Assembly (NCBI GenBank): GCA_038139415.1 | Contig: JAYOSV010000003.1 | Span: 98,778-162,777 of the forward strand | From: Verrucomicrobiales bacterium | Lineage (GTDB): Bacteria > Verrucomicrobiota > Verrucomicrobiia > Limisphaerales > UBA1100 | Reading direction: 5' to 3' | DNA: 64,000 nucleotides | In this document: positions 37,734-46,684 of the stretch, in pieces | How the letters are laid out: every line of letters begins with the position of its first letter | Position numbering within the stretch: the stretch's first letter is position 1 | Notes under the pieces: model-generated | The model's input: the letters and a program-made list of their open reading frames with translations, nothing else | The model's database searches: none | Told to the model about the DNA's origin: nothing | Made by a program: the position numbers and the translations under genes

Positions 37734-39680
37734 ATGAAAGATCAAAAACCATTCATAATTGGACTCGGGCTAGGTGTCCTGATCATCGCTGGGATTGCGT
37801 TGACCAAGCCCAAGCAACCCAAGAAGGCAACGGCTCCTGCGGCCCTTAAGCCATCGCAAGTCCTCAGCAAACCCAAGCCGGAAGAAAAGTCGACGTCCAA
37901 GCCCAAGTCGGAGGTGTCCGAAATCGATTCCGAACCCAAATCAACCGAGGCTTCCGTCATGGCATTGATTGATGCCGTGGACGAACCGGCTGGGAAAATC
38001 CGTGTGCTCACCGGCATTGCCCTCAGCCATCTGAAAGCCAGCAAAGACGCGGCTCCGTTGCTTGAGGCGTTGTTGGAGCAGTTCGAGGCGTTGGCGGATG
38101 ATGCCGCCCGCCGCGAGGCACTGGCCGAAGTGACTGAGGAATTTTCCGAGCTGACGGAGCATGAAGCCCTCGCTGATTTCCAGATCGCCTTGGTGGAGCT
38201 GGAGCAGGCACTGAATCCCGGCCCGACTCCAGCCGGAAAACTCATCGCTGGCATCGAAGCTCCCACACAACGCATCAAAGCCCTCGCTCAAATTGCCACC
38301 GCCTTGCACGCGGCGGGTCAGGCTGAATTATCCCAAACCCTAATGGAGCAGGCCGGCACGGAAACAGCCGCGTTGGAAGAACTCAACGAATTGCTCACCG
38401 CCAACACAGCGATGGCCATCGCCCAAATGAACATGAGCCAACCTGAGGCCGCCAAGCAAATCGAGACGCTGGTCACCAAGATTTCCGCGCTGGAAACCAG
38501 CGAAGACCAACTGGCTGCCTACGAAAAACTCACCCGCGAACTCGCTCCTTGGGCCACACAGAAAATCGTGGCGGCGCAGTTGGAGCGCATTCAGGCTTCT
38601 GTGCTCCAGCTCCATTATCAGGCCGATCCCGTTTTGCGGCTGGTCAGCGGCGTGGAGGATCCCAGCGGACGCGTGCGCGTATTGTGCAATTTGGCCGGCA
38701 CTCTGGCGTTGACCGGTGATCTCGAGCAATCCGCCGCCATGCTTGCCAAGGCGCAGGAGATTACCAAGGACTTGGAGACACCCGGCCAATTGGCGCCGGC
38801 ATTGACTCATCTGGCCGCCGCCCAATCATTGGTCGGACGAGGCGAAGAAGCCAAGACGACTTTGGCCAAGGCGATGGAAACCGTGGATGGCATCCAGTCC
38901 GTTGATGAACAAACCGCCGCCCTCGGTGCGTTGGTGGCCGCGGTGGAATCCATGGACAATGTCGATCACATGGAAACGGTGTTGGCTCAATCGCTTAAGA
39001 CGGCCACAGCCATTCAGCATCAAGCCCAGTCGGTCATGCAGCAATCATTGCGGCTCATCAACCGTCTACCTGCCGGTGAACAAAAAGCCGAGGCATTAGA
39101 GCAGATCGCCTTGGCCATTGAGCAGGGTGGGGCCGGACAGTTCGCCGAATTGCAGTTTGAATTGGCTACCCTCCATCACGAAGGGCGCCACTTGCCGAAG
39201 GATGCCTCACGCGCCGCAAAATGGTATCGCCAAGCCGCCCTCGGAGGGCATGCCTCAGCTCAGCTGAATTTGGCCGTGATGTTGCTCGAAGGGGAGGGCG
39301 GTGCGGCCGATCCATCCGAAGCTTTCAAGTGGTTGACCGCCGCCGCGGGGCAGGGCCATGCCGGTGGACAAGTGGCCTTGGGCATGATGCTGGCTCTGGG
39401 GCAAGGCGTGGAGGCGGATCTCGTGGAGGCGCATAAGTGGGTGACGCTTTCGTCCAAGAGCGGCAATGAAGATGCCGCCGCCGCGCTGGAACAACTCGCA
39501 CCCAAGCTATCCGACGATCAACTCGCTCAATCTGCTCAACGAGTCGAAGCCTGGGAAGCGAGCCAAACCCAGTCGCCCAGCACACCGGTTCCCACGCCTC
39601 CAGCAGAACCGATATCGCCCACCGAACCGACTGAGCCCGCAGGTCAAGAGGCGCCCCCCACCACCACCGCAGGTAAATAA
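37734..39680 (+). CDS. Membrane-anchored alpha-helical repeat protein with C-terminal Sel1 repeats
   Basis: TM segment FIIGLGLGVLIIAGIAL; K/P/E/S-rich linker; Sel1 motifs AAKWYRQAALGGHASAQLNLA, AFKWLTAAAGQGH, GQGVEADLVEAHKW; P/T-rich tail; AAGGAA RBS. Confidence 0.82.
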   Translation: MKDQKPFIIGLGLGVLIIAGIALTKPKQPKKATAPAALKPSQVLSKPKPEEKSTSKPKSEVSEIDSEPKSTEASVMALIDAVDEPAGKIRVLTGIALSHLKASKDAAPLLEALLEQFEALADDAARREALAEVTEEFSELTEHEALADFQIALVELEQALNPGPTPAGKLIAGIEAPTQRIKALAQIATALHAAGQAELSQTLMEQAGTETAALEELNELLTANTAMAIAQMNMSQPEAAKQIETLVTKISALETSEDQLAAYEKLTRELAPWATQKIVAAQLERIQASVLQLHYQADPVLRLVSGVEDPSGRVRVLCNLAGTLALTGDLEQSAAMLAKAQEITKDLETPGQLAPALTHLAAAQSLVGRGEEAKTTLAKAMETVDGIQSVDEQTAALGALVAAVESMDNVDHMETVLAQSLKTATAIQHQAQSVMQQSLRLINRLPAGEQKAEALEQIALAIEQGGAGQFAELQFELATLHHEGRHLPKDASRAAKWYRQAALGGHASAQLNLAVMLLEGEGGAADPSEAFKWLTAAAGQGHAGGQVALGMMLALGQGVEADLVEAHKWVTLSSKSGNEDAAAALEQLAPKLSDDQLAQSAQRVEAWEASQTQSPSTPVPTPPAEPISPTEPTEPAGQEAPPTTTAGK

Positions 39681-39731
39681 CCCACAAAAACAGGGCCCGA
39701 AAACTTTTTTCAAAAAAGTACCCGCAACCCC

Positions 39732-39773
39732 TTGACAAGTTACGTATGCGTATTAATTTGTACGCGTACGTAA
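39732..39773 (+). promoter_or_regulatory. Sigma70-type promoter overlapped by a 13-bp inverted repeat (candidate operator)
   Basis: TTGACA 39732-39737; TAATTT 39754-39759; arms TTACGTATGCGTA (39740-39752) and TACGCGTACGTAA (39761-39773), 12/13 complementary. Confidence 0.65.
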
Positions 39774-39812
39774 TAACGTGCCTGTGTCTAAATCTTCGAA
39801 TTAATAAAAGAA

Positions 39813-40064
39813 ATGAAACACAAAATCGCGATGATGCTCCTTGTGCCGGCTTTGATGGTTGGTGCGATTGGTTGTGCGGGGCCCAGTAATCATACCGAGC
39901 GTGGTGCCGCCACGGGCGTGGTGCTAGGCGGATTGGCCGGGGCGGTGATCGGCCATAACAAGAACCGGCGTGGAGCCGAAGGCGCGGCCATTGGCGCCGT
40001 GGTTGGCGGCCTTTTGGGCGGTGCCGTGGGCAATCAGCAGGATAAGAACGCCGGCTACAAATAA
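39813..40064 (+). CDS. Small glycine-zipper lipoprotein
   Basis: Lipobox-like AIGC; GAATGVVLGGLAGAVIG and GAAIGAVVGGLLGGAVG glycine zippers. Confidence 0.88.
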   Translation: MKHKIAMMLLVPALMVGAIGCAGPSNHTERGAATGVVLGGLAGAVIGHNKNRRGAEGAAIGAVVGGLLGGAVGNQQDKNAGYK

Positions 40065-40098
40065 ACCTTCCCATTTTTCTTGGTTGGTTCTCCAAACA

Positions 40099-40130
40099 CC
40101 CCGACGGCCTTCGGATCGGCGGGTTTTTTG
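40099..40130 (+). terminator. Rho-independent terminator
   Basis: CCCGACGGCC-TTCG-GATCGGCGGG imperfect stem with C(UUCG)G loop, followed by TTTTTT. Confidence 0.6.
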
Positions 40131-40176
40131 GGTCAAATGCCATTGACGCGGCGTCGAGGGTTTGCGGCAATGGGGC

Positions 40177-41145
40177 ATGCGGATTTTTTCGATACTTATA
40201 GCGGGTGCGGTGACTCTGGCGGCGGCGGACTTCAAACCGACGGCTCAGGATTCCATCGTGGCCAAGGAGGCTAAGGCGGAGTTAGTGTGGGCTGCAGGAA
40301 GTTTTACCGAGGGACCGACCTTGGGGCCGAAGGGCGTGATCTTTTTTTCGGATATCGGAATGCGCACAATGCGTTTTGATCCGGCCAGTGGCAAGACCAC
40401 CGTGTTCCGCGAACCGAGCGGCAAGGCCAATGGACTAATGATGGATCGCAAGGGCAACCTGATCGCCTGCGAGGGCGCCCATGGTGGCGGCCGGCGTGTG
40501 AGTCTCACCACGCTGAAGGGCAAGACGCGGACGATTGTTGATCGCTGGCAGGGCAAGCGCTTCAATTCGCCCAACGATCTGGCGATTGATGCGAAGAACC
40601 GCATTTACTTTACAGACCCGCGCTATGGGGGTGGCGATGATCGTGACCTGGATTTCGAGGGCGTATTTTTGATCACCGGCAAAAAGGTAAAGCTGGCTAC
40701 CAAGAAAATCTCGCGGCCCAACGGCATTCTCGTGTCGCTCGATGGCAAAAAAGTGTACGTGGCGGACAACCACAGCGATGCCAAGGGCAATCATCATCTG
40801 GTGCAATTCGATGTGCAACAGGACGGTACCCTGACGAATAAGAAAATCCTCTTCGACATTGGGCCCGATCGCCGCGGCATTGACGGTATGACGCTGGATG
40901 AGAACGGTAACATTTACGCCACCGCCGGTCGCGGCGAGTTTTCTGGCATTTACGTGTTTTCGCCCACCGGTAAGCAGCTGGCCATGATCCCCACCGGTGA
41001 CACGCCGACCAATTGCGTCTTCGGAGGCGGCAAAGAGAAGAGCACGCTGTATGTCACCGCGCGTGCTCCCGTGGTTTCCGGTAAGGCGATATGGGGGCTG
41101 TATCGCATTCCCCTGAGGGTGAAGGGGCATCACATTTACGAATAA
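40177..41145 (+). CDS. SMP-30/gluconolactonase/LRE family protein
   Basis: Signal peptide; FTEGP; FSDI; ANGL; FNSPND; YFTDP; RPNGI; DGMTLD; TNCVFGG. Confidence 0.92.
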   Translation: MRIFSILIAGAVTLAAADFKPTAQDSIVAKEAKAELVWAAGSFTEGPTLGPKGVIFFSDIGMRTMRFDPASGKTTVFREPSGKANGLMMDRKGNLIACEGAHGGGRRVSLTTLKGKTRTIVDRWQGKRFNSPNDLAIDAKNRIYFTDPRYGGGDDRDLDFEGVFLITGKKVKLATKKISRPNGILVSLDGKKVYVADNHSDAKGNHHLVQFDVQQDGTLTNKKILFDIGPDRRGIDGMTLDENGNIYATAGRGEFSGIYVFSPTGKQLAMIPTGDTPTNCVFGGGKEKSTLYVTARAPVVSGKAIWGLYRIPLRVKGHHIYE

Positions 41146-41969
41146 TGGCCGGACAGAATTTCGACATCCTGCCCGACATTTCCACGGAGGATCGCGATCT
41201 GCGCTTTCGGCCTGTGGAAAACTCCGCGCCCGCCACGCTAACGTCGGGGCAGATCACGCACTTCAACGAGCAGGGCTACGTCGCGCCCGTGCCGATTTTC
41301 GATAATGAGGAAATCACCGAACTGCGCGTGTACTTCGATGATCTCCTGACGCGCACGCTGGCAGCTGGTGGCAACAGTTACAGCATTAGTTCCGCACATC
41401 TGGAGCACGGCCGCGTGCATGATATCTTGTCCGACTCGCGCATTGTCGCTGCCGTCAAAGATCTGATCGGCGATGATGTTATCGGTTGGGGTTCGCATTT
41501 CTTCTGCAAAATGCCCGGGGACGGTAAGGCGGTGGCGTGGCATCAGGACGCCAGTTACTGGCCGCTCACGCCCAGCCGCACCGTGACCGTTTGGCTGGCC
41601 ATTGATGATGCCGATGCGGGAAACGCCTGCATGCGGTTCCTCGCCGGATCGCATCATCATGGCCATCTCACCTGGCGCGATAGCACGCCGGAGGAGCATA
41701 ACGTGCTCAATCAAACAGTTGAAAACGCCGAGCAATACGGCACGCCGGTCGATGACTGCCTGCGAGCCGGCGAAGTGTCCATCCACAGCGATCTGCTATT
41801 ACATGGCTCCAACGCCAACGCCTCCAACCGTCGCCGCTGCGGTCTCACCCTGCGCTATGCCCCGGCCTACGTCCGCGCCGCCCAGGGCTGGAACGCCAAG
41901 GGCGTGATTCTCAGTGGCCGCGATGCGGATGCCCACTGGGGTAATCCGCCGCGTCCGGCGCAGGATTAG
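41145..41969 (+). CDS. Phytanoyl-CoA dioxygenase (PhyH) family Fe(II)/2OG oxygenase
   Basis: TAATG coupling; WHQDASYW (HxD); VWLAIDD; GSH; LHGS; RR.GLTLRY. Confidence 0.9.
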   Translation: MAGQNFDILPDISTEDRDLRFRPVENSAPATLTSGQITHFNEQGYVAPVPIFDNEEITELRVYFDDLLTRTLAAGGNSYSISSAHLEHGRVHDILSDSRIVAAVKDLIGDDVIGWGSHFFCKMPGDGKAVAWHQDASYWPLTPSRTVTVWLAIDDADAGNACMRFLAGSHHHGHLTWRDSTPEEHNVLNQTVENAEQYGTPVDDCLRAGEVSIHSDLLLHGSNANASNRRRCGLTLRYAPAYVRAAQGWNAKGVILSGRDADAHWGNPPRPAQD

Positions 41970-42021
41970 CGGGATTGCCAAGGGGGCCGGCTTTCGGCAC
42001 AGTGCGCGCGTTATTCCATTC

Positions 42022-43881
42022 ATGAAAATAATGCGCGTATTTCTGTTGGGCTTGGTCGTGGCGTTTGGCGCCGTGGCGGAGCAGAAGCTGCCGAATATTC
42101 TCTGGATTACCTCCGAAGATAACGGGCCGCAACTGGGTTGTTATGGTGATCAATATTCCAAGTCACCCAACCTGGATGCGCTGGCGTCGAAGGGGATGCT
42201 TTATCTGAATTGCTGGTCCACTGCGCCGGTGTGCGCGCCGGCTCGTACCACCTTGATCAGCGGACTGTATCCGCCGAGCACGGGCGCCGAGCACATGCGC
42301 AGCAATACCCGTCTGCCATCTCGGTTCAAGATGTACCCCGCTTACTTGCGTCAGGCCGGGTATTACTGCACCAACAATTCCAAGGAAGACTACAATCTCG
42401 GCAAGGAAGGGGAGGTGTGGAATGAGAGTAGCCGCAAGGCGCATTGGAAAAACCGCGCCGGCGATCAGCCGTTTTTTGCGATCTTCAATCATACCATTAG
42501 CCACGAAAGCCAAATCCGAAACAAGATTGATCCGAAGTTTACGATTCATGACCCCAAAAAGGTACGCGTGCCGGCGTATCATCCGGACACGCCCGAAGTG
42601 CGCAAGGATTGGGCGCAGTACTACGATCGCATCACCATGATGGACGAACGCGCCGGGGCTAATCTCAAGGAGCTGGCCGAGGCCGGTTTGGCGGAAGACA
42701 CGATCATCTTTTACTACGGCGACCACGGCTCCGGCATGCCGCGCAGCAAACGGTGGCCGTACAACAGTGGCCTCAACGTGCCGCTCATCCTGTATGTGCC
42801 TGAGAAATGGAAGCACCTAGCCCCGGCCGATTACAAATCCGGCGGTCAGAGTGATCGGCTCGTGGGATTCATTGATTTTGCCCCCACGCTTCTGAGCCTC
42901 GCCGGCCAGAAACCACCCAAGCACATGCAAGGCTATGCCTTCATGGGCAAACACGCCGCGCCTGAGCAGCCTTTCAACTACGGCTTCCGCGGTCGCATGG
43001 ATGAACGGTACGACATGGTCCGCGTGGTACGCGACAAACGCCACATCTACATCCGGAATTACATGCCGCATAAAATTTACGGCCAATACATCAGCTATAT
43101 GTTCGCCACGCCCACCACACGCACCTGGCATGACCTGTATCACGCCGGCAAACTCAACACCGCCCAGGGGCGTTTTTGGGAAACCAAACCGGCCGAGGAA
43201 TTGTATGATCTGGAGGCCGATCCCGATGAGGTAAACAACCTCGCCGGGTCCAAGGAACACGCCGCCATTCTCCAACGCCTGCGCACCGCGCAACAGGCCA
43301 AGGCCGTGGCCATTCGGGACATCGGCTTTTTGCCCGAAGGCGAAATTCATAGCCGCGCCGGCGATCGCGCCCCGTACGACATGGGCCATAATCCCAAGCT
43401 CTACGCTATGGAACCTATCATGGCCGCCGCCGAACAAGCCTCCAGTCTCAAGCTCGAGGATACCCCGGCGCTGATTAAATTACTCAGCCATCAGGACAGC
43501 GCCGTGCGCTATTGGGCGGCCATGGGGCTGCTGATGCGTGGAGAAAAGGCCGTGGTTCAGGGGCAGGGCGCATTACGCAAAGCGTTAGGCGATAAATCCA
43601 CCGCCGTCGCCTGCACCGCCGCCGAAGCTCTTGGACGCTATGGCAAGGGCAAGGACGTGGCGTTGGCAGCGGAAACGCTGATCCAATACGGTGACGGTTC
43701 GAAGAACGATATCTTCACCGCCATGCTGGCCCTGAACGGGCTCGATTACATGGACGAGCGCGCTGCAAAATACGCCGATCAAATCAAGGTCCTACCCAAC
43801 AGCGCCGCCGTGACCCCCGGTCGCATGGGTGCCTACATCAAGAATCTCCTCGGTAAAATCAATGCCGACTTGGCAAAGTAG
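42022..43881 (+). CDS. Cys-type sulfatase with C-terminal HEAT-like repeats
   Basis: PNILWITSED; VCAPARTTLISG (CxPxR); GDHG; EELYDL..DPDEVNNLA; C-terminal DSAVRYWAA, AAEALG. Confidence 0.92.
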   Translation: MKIMRVFLLGLVVAFGAVAEQKLPNILWITSEDNGPQLGCYGDQYSKSPNLDALASKGMLYLNCWSTAPVCAPARTTLISGLYPPSTGAEHMRSNTRLPSRFKMYPAYLRQAGYYCTNNSKEDYNLGKEGEVWNESSRKAHWKNRAGDQPFFAIFNHTISHESQIRNKIDPKFTIHDPKKVRVPAYHPDTPEVRKDWAQYYDRITMMDERAGANLKELAEAGLAEDTIIFYYGDHGSGMPRSKRWPYNSGLNVPLILYVPEKWKHLAPADYKSGGQSDRLVGFIDFAPTLLSLAGQKPPKHMQGYAFMGKHAAPEQPFNYGFRGRMDERYDMVRVVRDKRHIYIRNYMPHKIYGQYISYMFATPTTRTWHDLYHAGKLNTAQGRFWETKPAEELYDLEADPDEVNNLAGSKEHAAILQRLRTAQQAKAVAIRDIGFLPEGEIHSRAGDRAPYDMGHNPKLYAMEPIMAAAEQASSLKLEDTPALIKLLSHQDSAVRYWAAMGLLMRGEKAVVQGQGALRKALGDKSTAVACTAAEALGRYGKGKDVALAAETLIQYGDGSKNDIFTAMLALNGLDYMDERAAKYADQIKVLPNSAAVTPGRMGAYIKNLLGKINADLAK

Positions 43882-43907
43882 GGCGCTCAACTAAAAGTCT
43901 TACCATG

Positions 43908-43942
43908 AAAAAAAGAGGCGAGGTGACCCTCGCCTCTTTTTT
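43908..43942. terminator. Bidirectional Rho-independent terminator
   Basis: AAAAAAAGAGGCGAGG-TGAC-CCTCGCCTCTTTTTT perfect inverted repeat between convergent genes. Confidence 0.9.
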
Positions 43943-43956
43943 AATTCCGGTATGCG

Positions 43957-45120
43957 TTACGAAATGTGTGCGCCCCTGGTTTCGACGTAGACCGCGTAGA
44001 GCGATTGGCTGGCGGTCATGAAGAGGCGGTTGCGTTTGGTGCCGCCGAAGCAGACGTTGCTGCAGATTTCTGGTAGCAGAATCTGCCCGATGCGTTTGCC
44101 GTCCTTGGGCTCAAAGACGTGCACGCCGTCGTAGCCGTCGCCCACCCAGCCGGCGCTGGACCAGATGTTGCCGTCTTCGTCGCAGCGGATTCCGTCAGCC
44201 ATGCCGGCCTTGGTGACCTTTTGTTTTTGGCCGTTCTCGTCCACTTCCTCCATCTCAAGATCCATGCTGGTAAAGGTCTTGCCATTTTGGAGGCTCACGT
44301 CATTGACCACGTCCCAAACCTTGATTTCCTTTTTGGCCTCGGCATAGTGCGAGGCGCCGGTGTCGGCGACGTAAAGCTTCTTGTAATCCGGGCTGAAGCA
44401 CAGGCCGTTGGGCTTGAAAATATCCTCGGTCACCTTGGTCAGCTTGCCGGTCTTGGCATCAATGCGGTAGACCGCTTCTTTCTGGTGTGGCTGCACGCTA
44501 CCGGTCTTGGCGCGGTGACCCTCATAATTCATCAGGCTGCCGTAGCCAGGGTCGGTAAACCAGATGGCGCCGTCCGGATGCACCACGGCATCGTTGGGGG
44601 CGTTGAAGGGTTTGCCGCCGTAGCCGTCGGCGAGCACGGTGATCTTACCGTTGTACTCGTAGCGCACTACGCGGCGGTTGCCGTGTTCGCACGAAATTTG
44701 GCGTCCGGTCCAGTCGAAGGTGTTGCCGTTGCTGTTGCCGCTGGGATGACGGAATGTGCTCACGTGTCCGTCCTCCTCCAGCCAGCGCAGCTGAACATTG
44801 TTCGGGATATCGCTCCAGAGTAGATAACGTCCCACGCCATTCCAGGCCGGGCCCTCAGCCCAAAGCATGTCGGGGTTGGTGTATAGCCGGCGGATGGGGG
44901 TGTTGCCCAGTTTGTATTTGGCGAACGCGGGATCGAGTACGAGCACATCCGGCTCGGGATAGCGCGTGGGATTTTTGCCTGTCCAATCTCGTGGCGTGCC
45001 CTTGGCGGCGGCGAGCGCGGTGGCAGTGGCCGTCAGGGCCGTGGCGGTGGTAGCGAGAAAGCTGCGCCGATCCAGCGCGCCTTGGGAGGGGGAAATGGAA
45101 TCGTGTTCCTTCATGGTCAA
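43957..45120 (-). CDS. SMP-30/gluconolactonase family protein with Tat signal
   Basis: LDRRSFL; WAEGPAW; WSDIPNN; NAPND; FTDPGYG; PNGLCFSPD; ADGIRCD; SNVCFGG. Confidence 0.92.
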   Translation of the reverse strand: MTMKEHDSISPSQGALDRRSFLATTATALTATATALAAAKGTPRDWTGKNPTRYPEPDVLVLDPAFAKYKLGNTPIRRLYTNPDMLWAEGPAWNGVGRYLLWSDIPNNVQLRWLEEDGHVSTFRHPSGNSNGNTFDWTGRQISCEHGNRRVVRYEYNGKITVLADGYGGKPFNAPNDAVVHPDGAIWFTDPGYGSLMNYEGHRAKTGSVQPHQKEAVYRIDAKTGKLTKVTEDIFKPNGLCFSPDYKKLYVADTGASHYAEAKKEIKVWDVVNDVSLQNGKTFTSMDLEMEEVDENGQKQKVTKAGMADGIRCDEDGNIWSSAGWVGDGYDGVHVFEPKDGKRIGQILLPEICSNVCFGGTKRNRLFMTASQSLYAVYVETRGAHIS

Positions 45121-45208
45121 TCAGGTTCGGCGAAAGCTTCTGTTGCTCGCGCCCGCCGTGCAAGAAAAAGCTGGCCGCTTGTCCGTGCATGGCCTTGGAT
45201 GACCAGCC

Positions 45209-46492
45209 ATGTCGTTGCTGGATGTCCAGACCGTTCCCCGCATGTTTAAGGTTCGACAAGAGTTTCCTCGGCCGGAACCGTTGGACATTCCTGCGACTGT
45301 CGCGGCCCAAATTGCCTCGGTGCAGGACCGGCTCCAGCCCAACGCGCGCGTGGCGGTCACCGTGGGCAGCCGCGGGATTGCGAATTTTCGCGAAATAGTC
45401 CGGGCCGTTCTCGATGCATTAACAGCGGCCGGCGTGCAGCCGTTTATCTTGCCGGCGATGGGCAGCCACGGCGGCGCCACGCCGGAGGGACAGAAACGGA
45501 TTCTTGCCGATTATGGAATCACCGAGGAAACGATGGGTGTACCCATTGAGGCGGCCATGGCTACGCGCGAAGTGGGGCGCACGGCCGATGGCGTTAGGGC
45601 ATTCTCCAGCGCGGTTGCGCTCGAGGCCGATGGCATTGTGGTGCTGAACCGCGTGAAACCGCACACCGATTATTTCAGCCGCACGCTGGGCAGCGGCCTG
45701 ATCAAGATGATGGTGGTGGGCATGGGGAAACATGATGGCGCTGCTAATTTTCATCGCACGGCAGTGCACCGTGGGTATGAGGAGACACTCCGGATGCTTG
45801 GCCGAGTGGTGTTGCGCGAGGCCCCGATCCTGTTTGGGATCGGGCTGGTGGAGCACCAATACCACGACACCGCCCGTATTGAGGCCGTGCGGCCCGAGGA
45901 CATCGAGGCACGCGAAGCCGAGCTCTTTGCCGAGGCCACAGCGTTGTTGCCCAAGCTGCCGTTTGACGATGCGGATCTGCTGGTGGTCGATCAGATCGGA
46001 AAAAATATCAGTGGACCCGGAATGGACCCTAACGTCATCGGTCGGCATGCGCATCATTACAGTACCCTGCTGCAAAATGCGCTTGAGGTGACACCGTTTA
46101 TGCGCCGCATTTATGTGCGGGGATTGACGCCTGAAACGCATGGCAACGCCATCGGAGTAGGGTTGGCCGATGCGGTTCATGTGCGGTTGGTGGAAGCGAT
46201 GGATGCCGAGAGCACGTTTGTGAATGTGCGTACCTCGCTCACGCTTCACAACGCCAAGATACCGATGCATTTCCCTAATGACCGCGCGGCCTTGGCGGGG
46301 TTACTGGATAGTTTGGCATTACCCGATCCGGCGCTGGCGCGGGTCATGCGTATTCGCCATACGCTGGATCTGGCGCAACTGGAATTGTCTGAAGCCTTTG
46401 CCGCTGAGGTGGCGACACGGGAGGATCTCACAGTCTTGTCGGAGCCGGCTGAATGGGGGTTTGCCGGGGACGATTTGTTGGATCTCGCCTAA
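45209..46492 (+). CDS. Lactate racemase (LarA) N-terminal-like / DUF2088-type protein
   Basis: VAVTVGSRGIAN; PAMGSHGGAT; NRVKPHTD; SGLIKM..VGMGK; GKNISGPGMDPNV. Confidence 0.78.
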   Translation: MSLLDVQTVPRMFKVRQEFPRPEPLDIPATVAAQIASVQDRLQPNARVAVTVGSRGIANFREIVRAVLDALTAAGVQPFILPAMGSHGGATPEGQKRILADYGITEETMGVPIEAAMATREVGRTADGVRAFSSAVALEADGIVVLNRVKPHTDYFSRTLGSGLIKMMVVGMGKHDGAANFHRTAVHRGYEETLRMLGRVVLREAPILFGIGLVEHQYHDTARIEAVRPEDIEAREAELFAEATALLPKLPFDDADLLVVDQIGKNISGPGMDPNVIGRHAHHYSTLLQNALEVTPFMRRIYVRGLTPETHGNAIGVGLADAVHVRLVEAMDAESTFVNVRTSLTLHNAKIPMHFPNDRAALAGLLDSLALPDPALARVMRIRHTLDLAQLELSEAFAAEVATREDLTVLSEPAEWGFAGDDLLDLA

Positions 46493-46684
46493 CCCATGGG
46501 CTTGCTGAAAGAGGGGTAATTTAATTCACCATAGAGGCAAGGCTCCCTCGCCCAACCATCCTCCGGATCGTCTTATTTTCTAAATTTCCAAAACACCCAC
46601 TCAGGCTCTTTCTCTGTGCCTCTTAGGTAAAATAATTGCCGTGCAAAAACAAAACGACGCGTCCAAACTTTCCTGACTGAACCC

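Noticed and set aside
46527..46628. Long-range AGAGGCA/TGCCTCT pairing as an ncRNA or riboswitch
   Set aside because: Only a short stem around an unstructured ~75-nt loop; no known riboswitch motif recognised.
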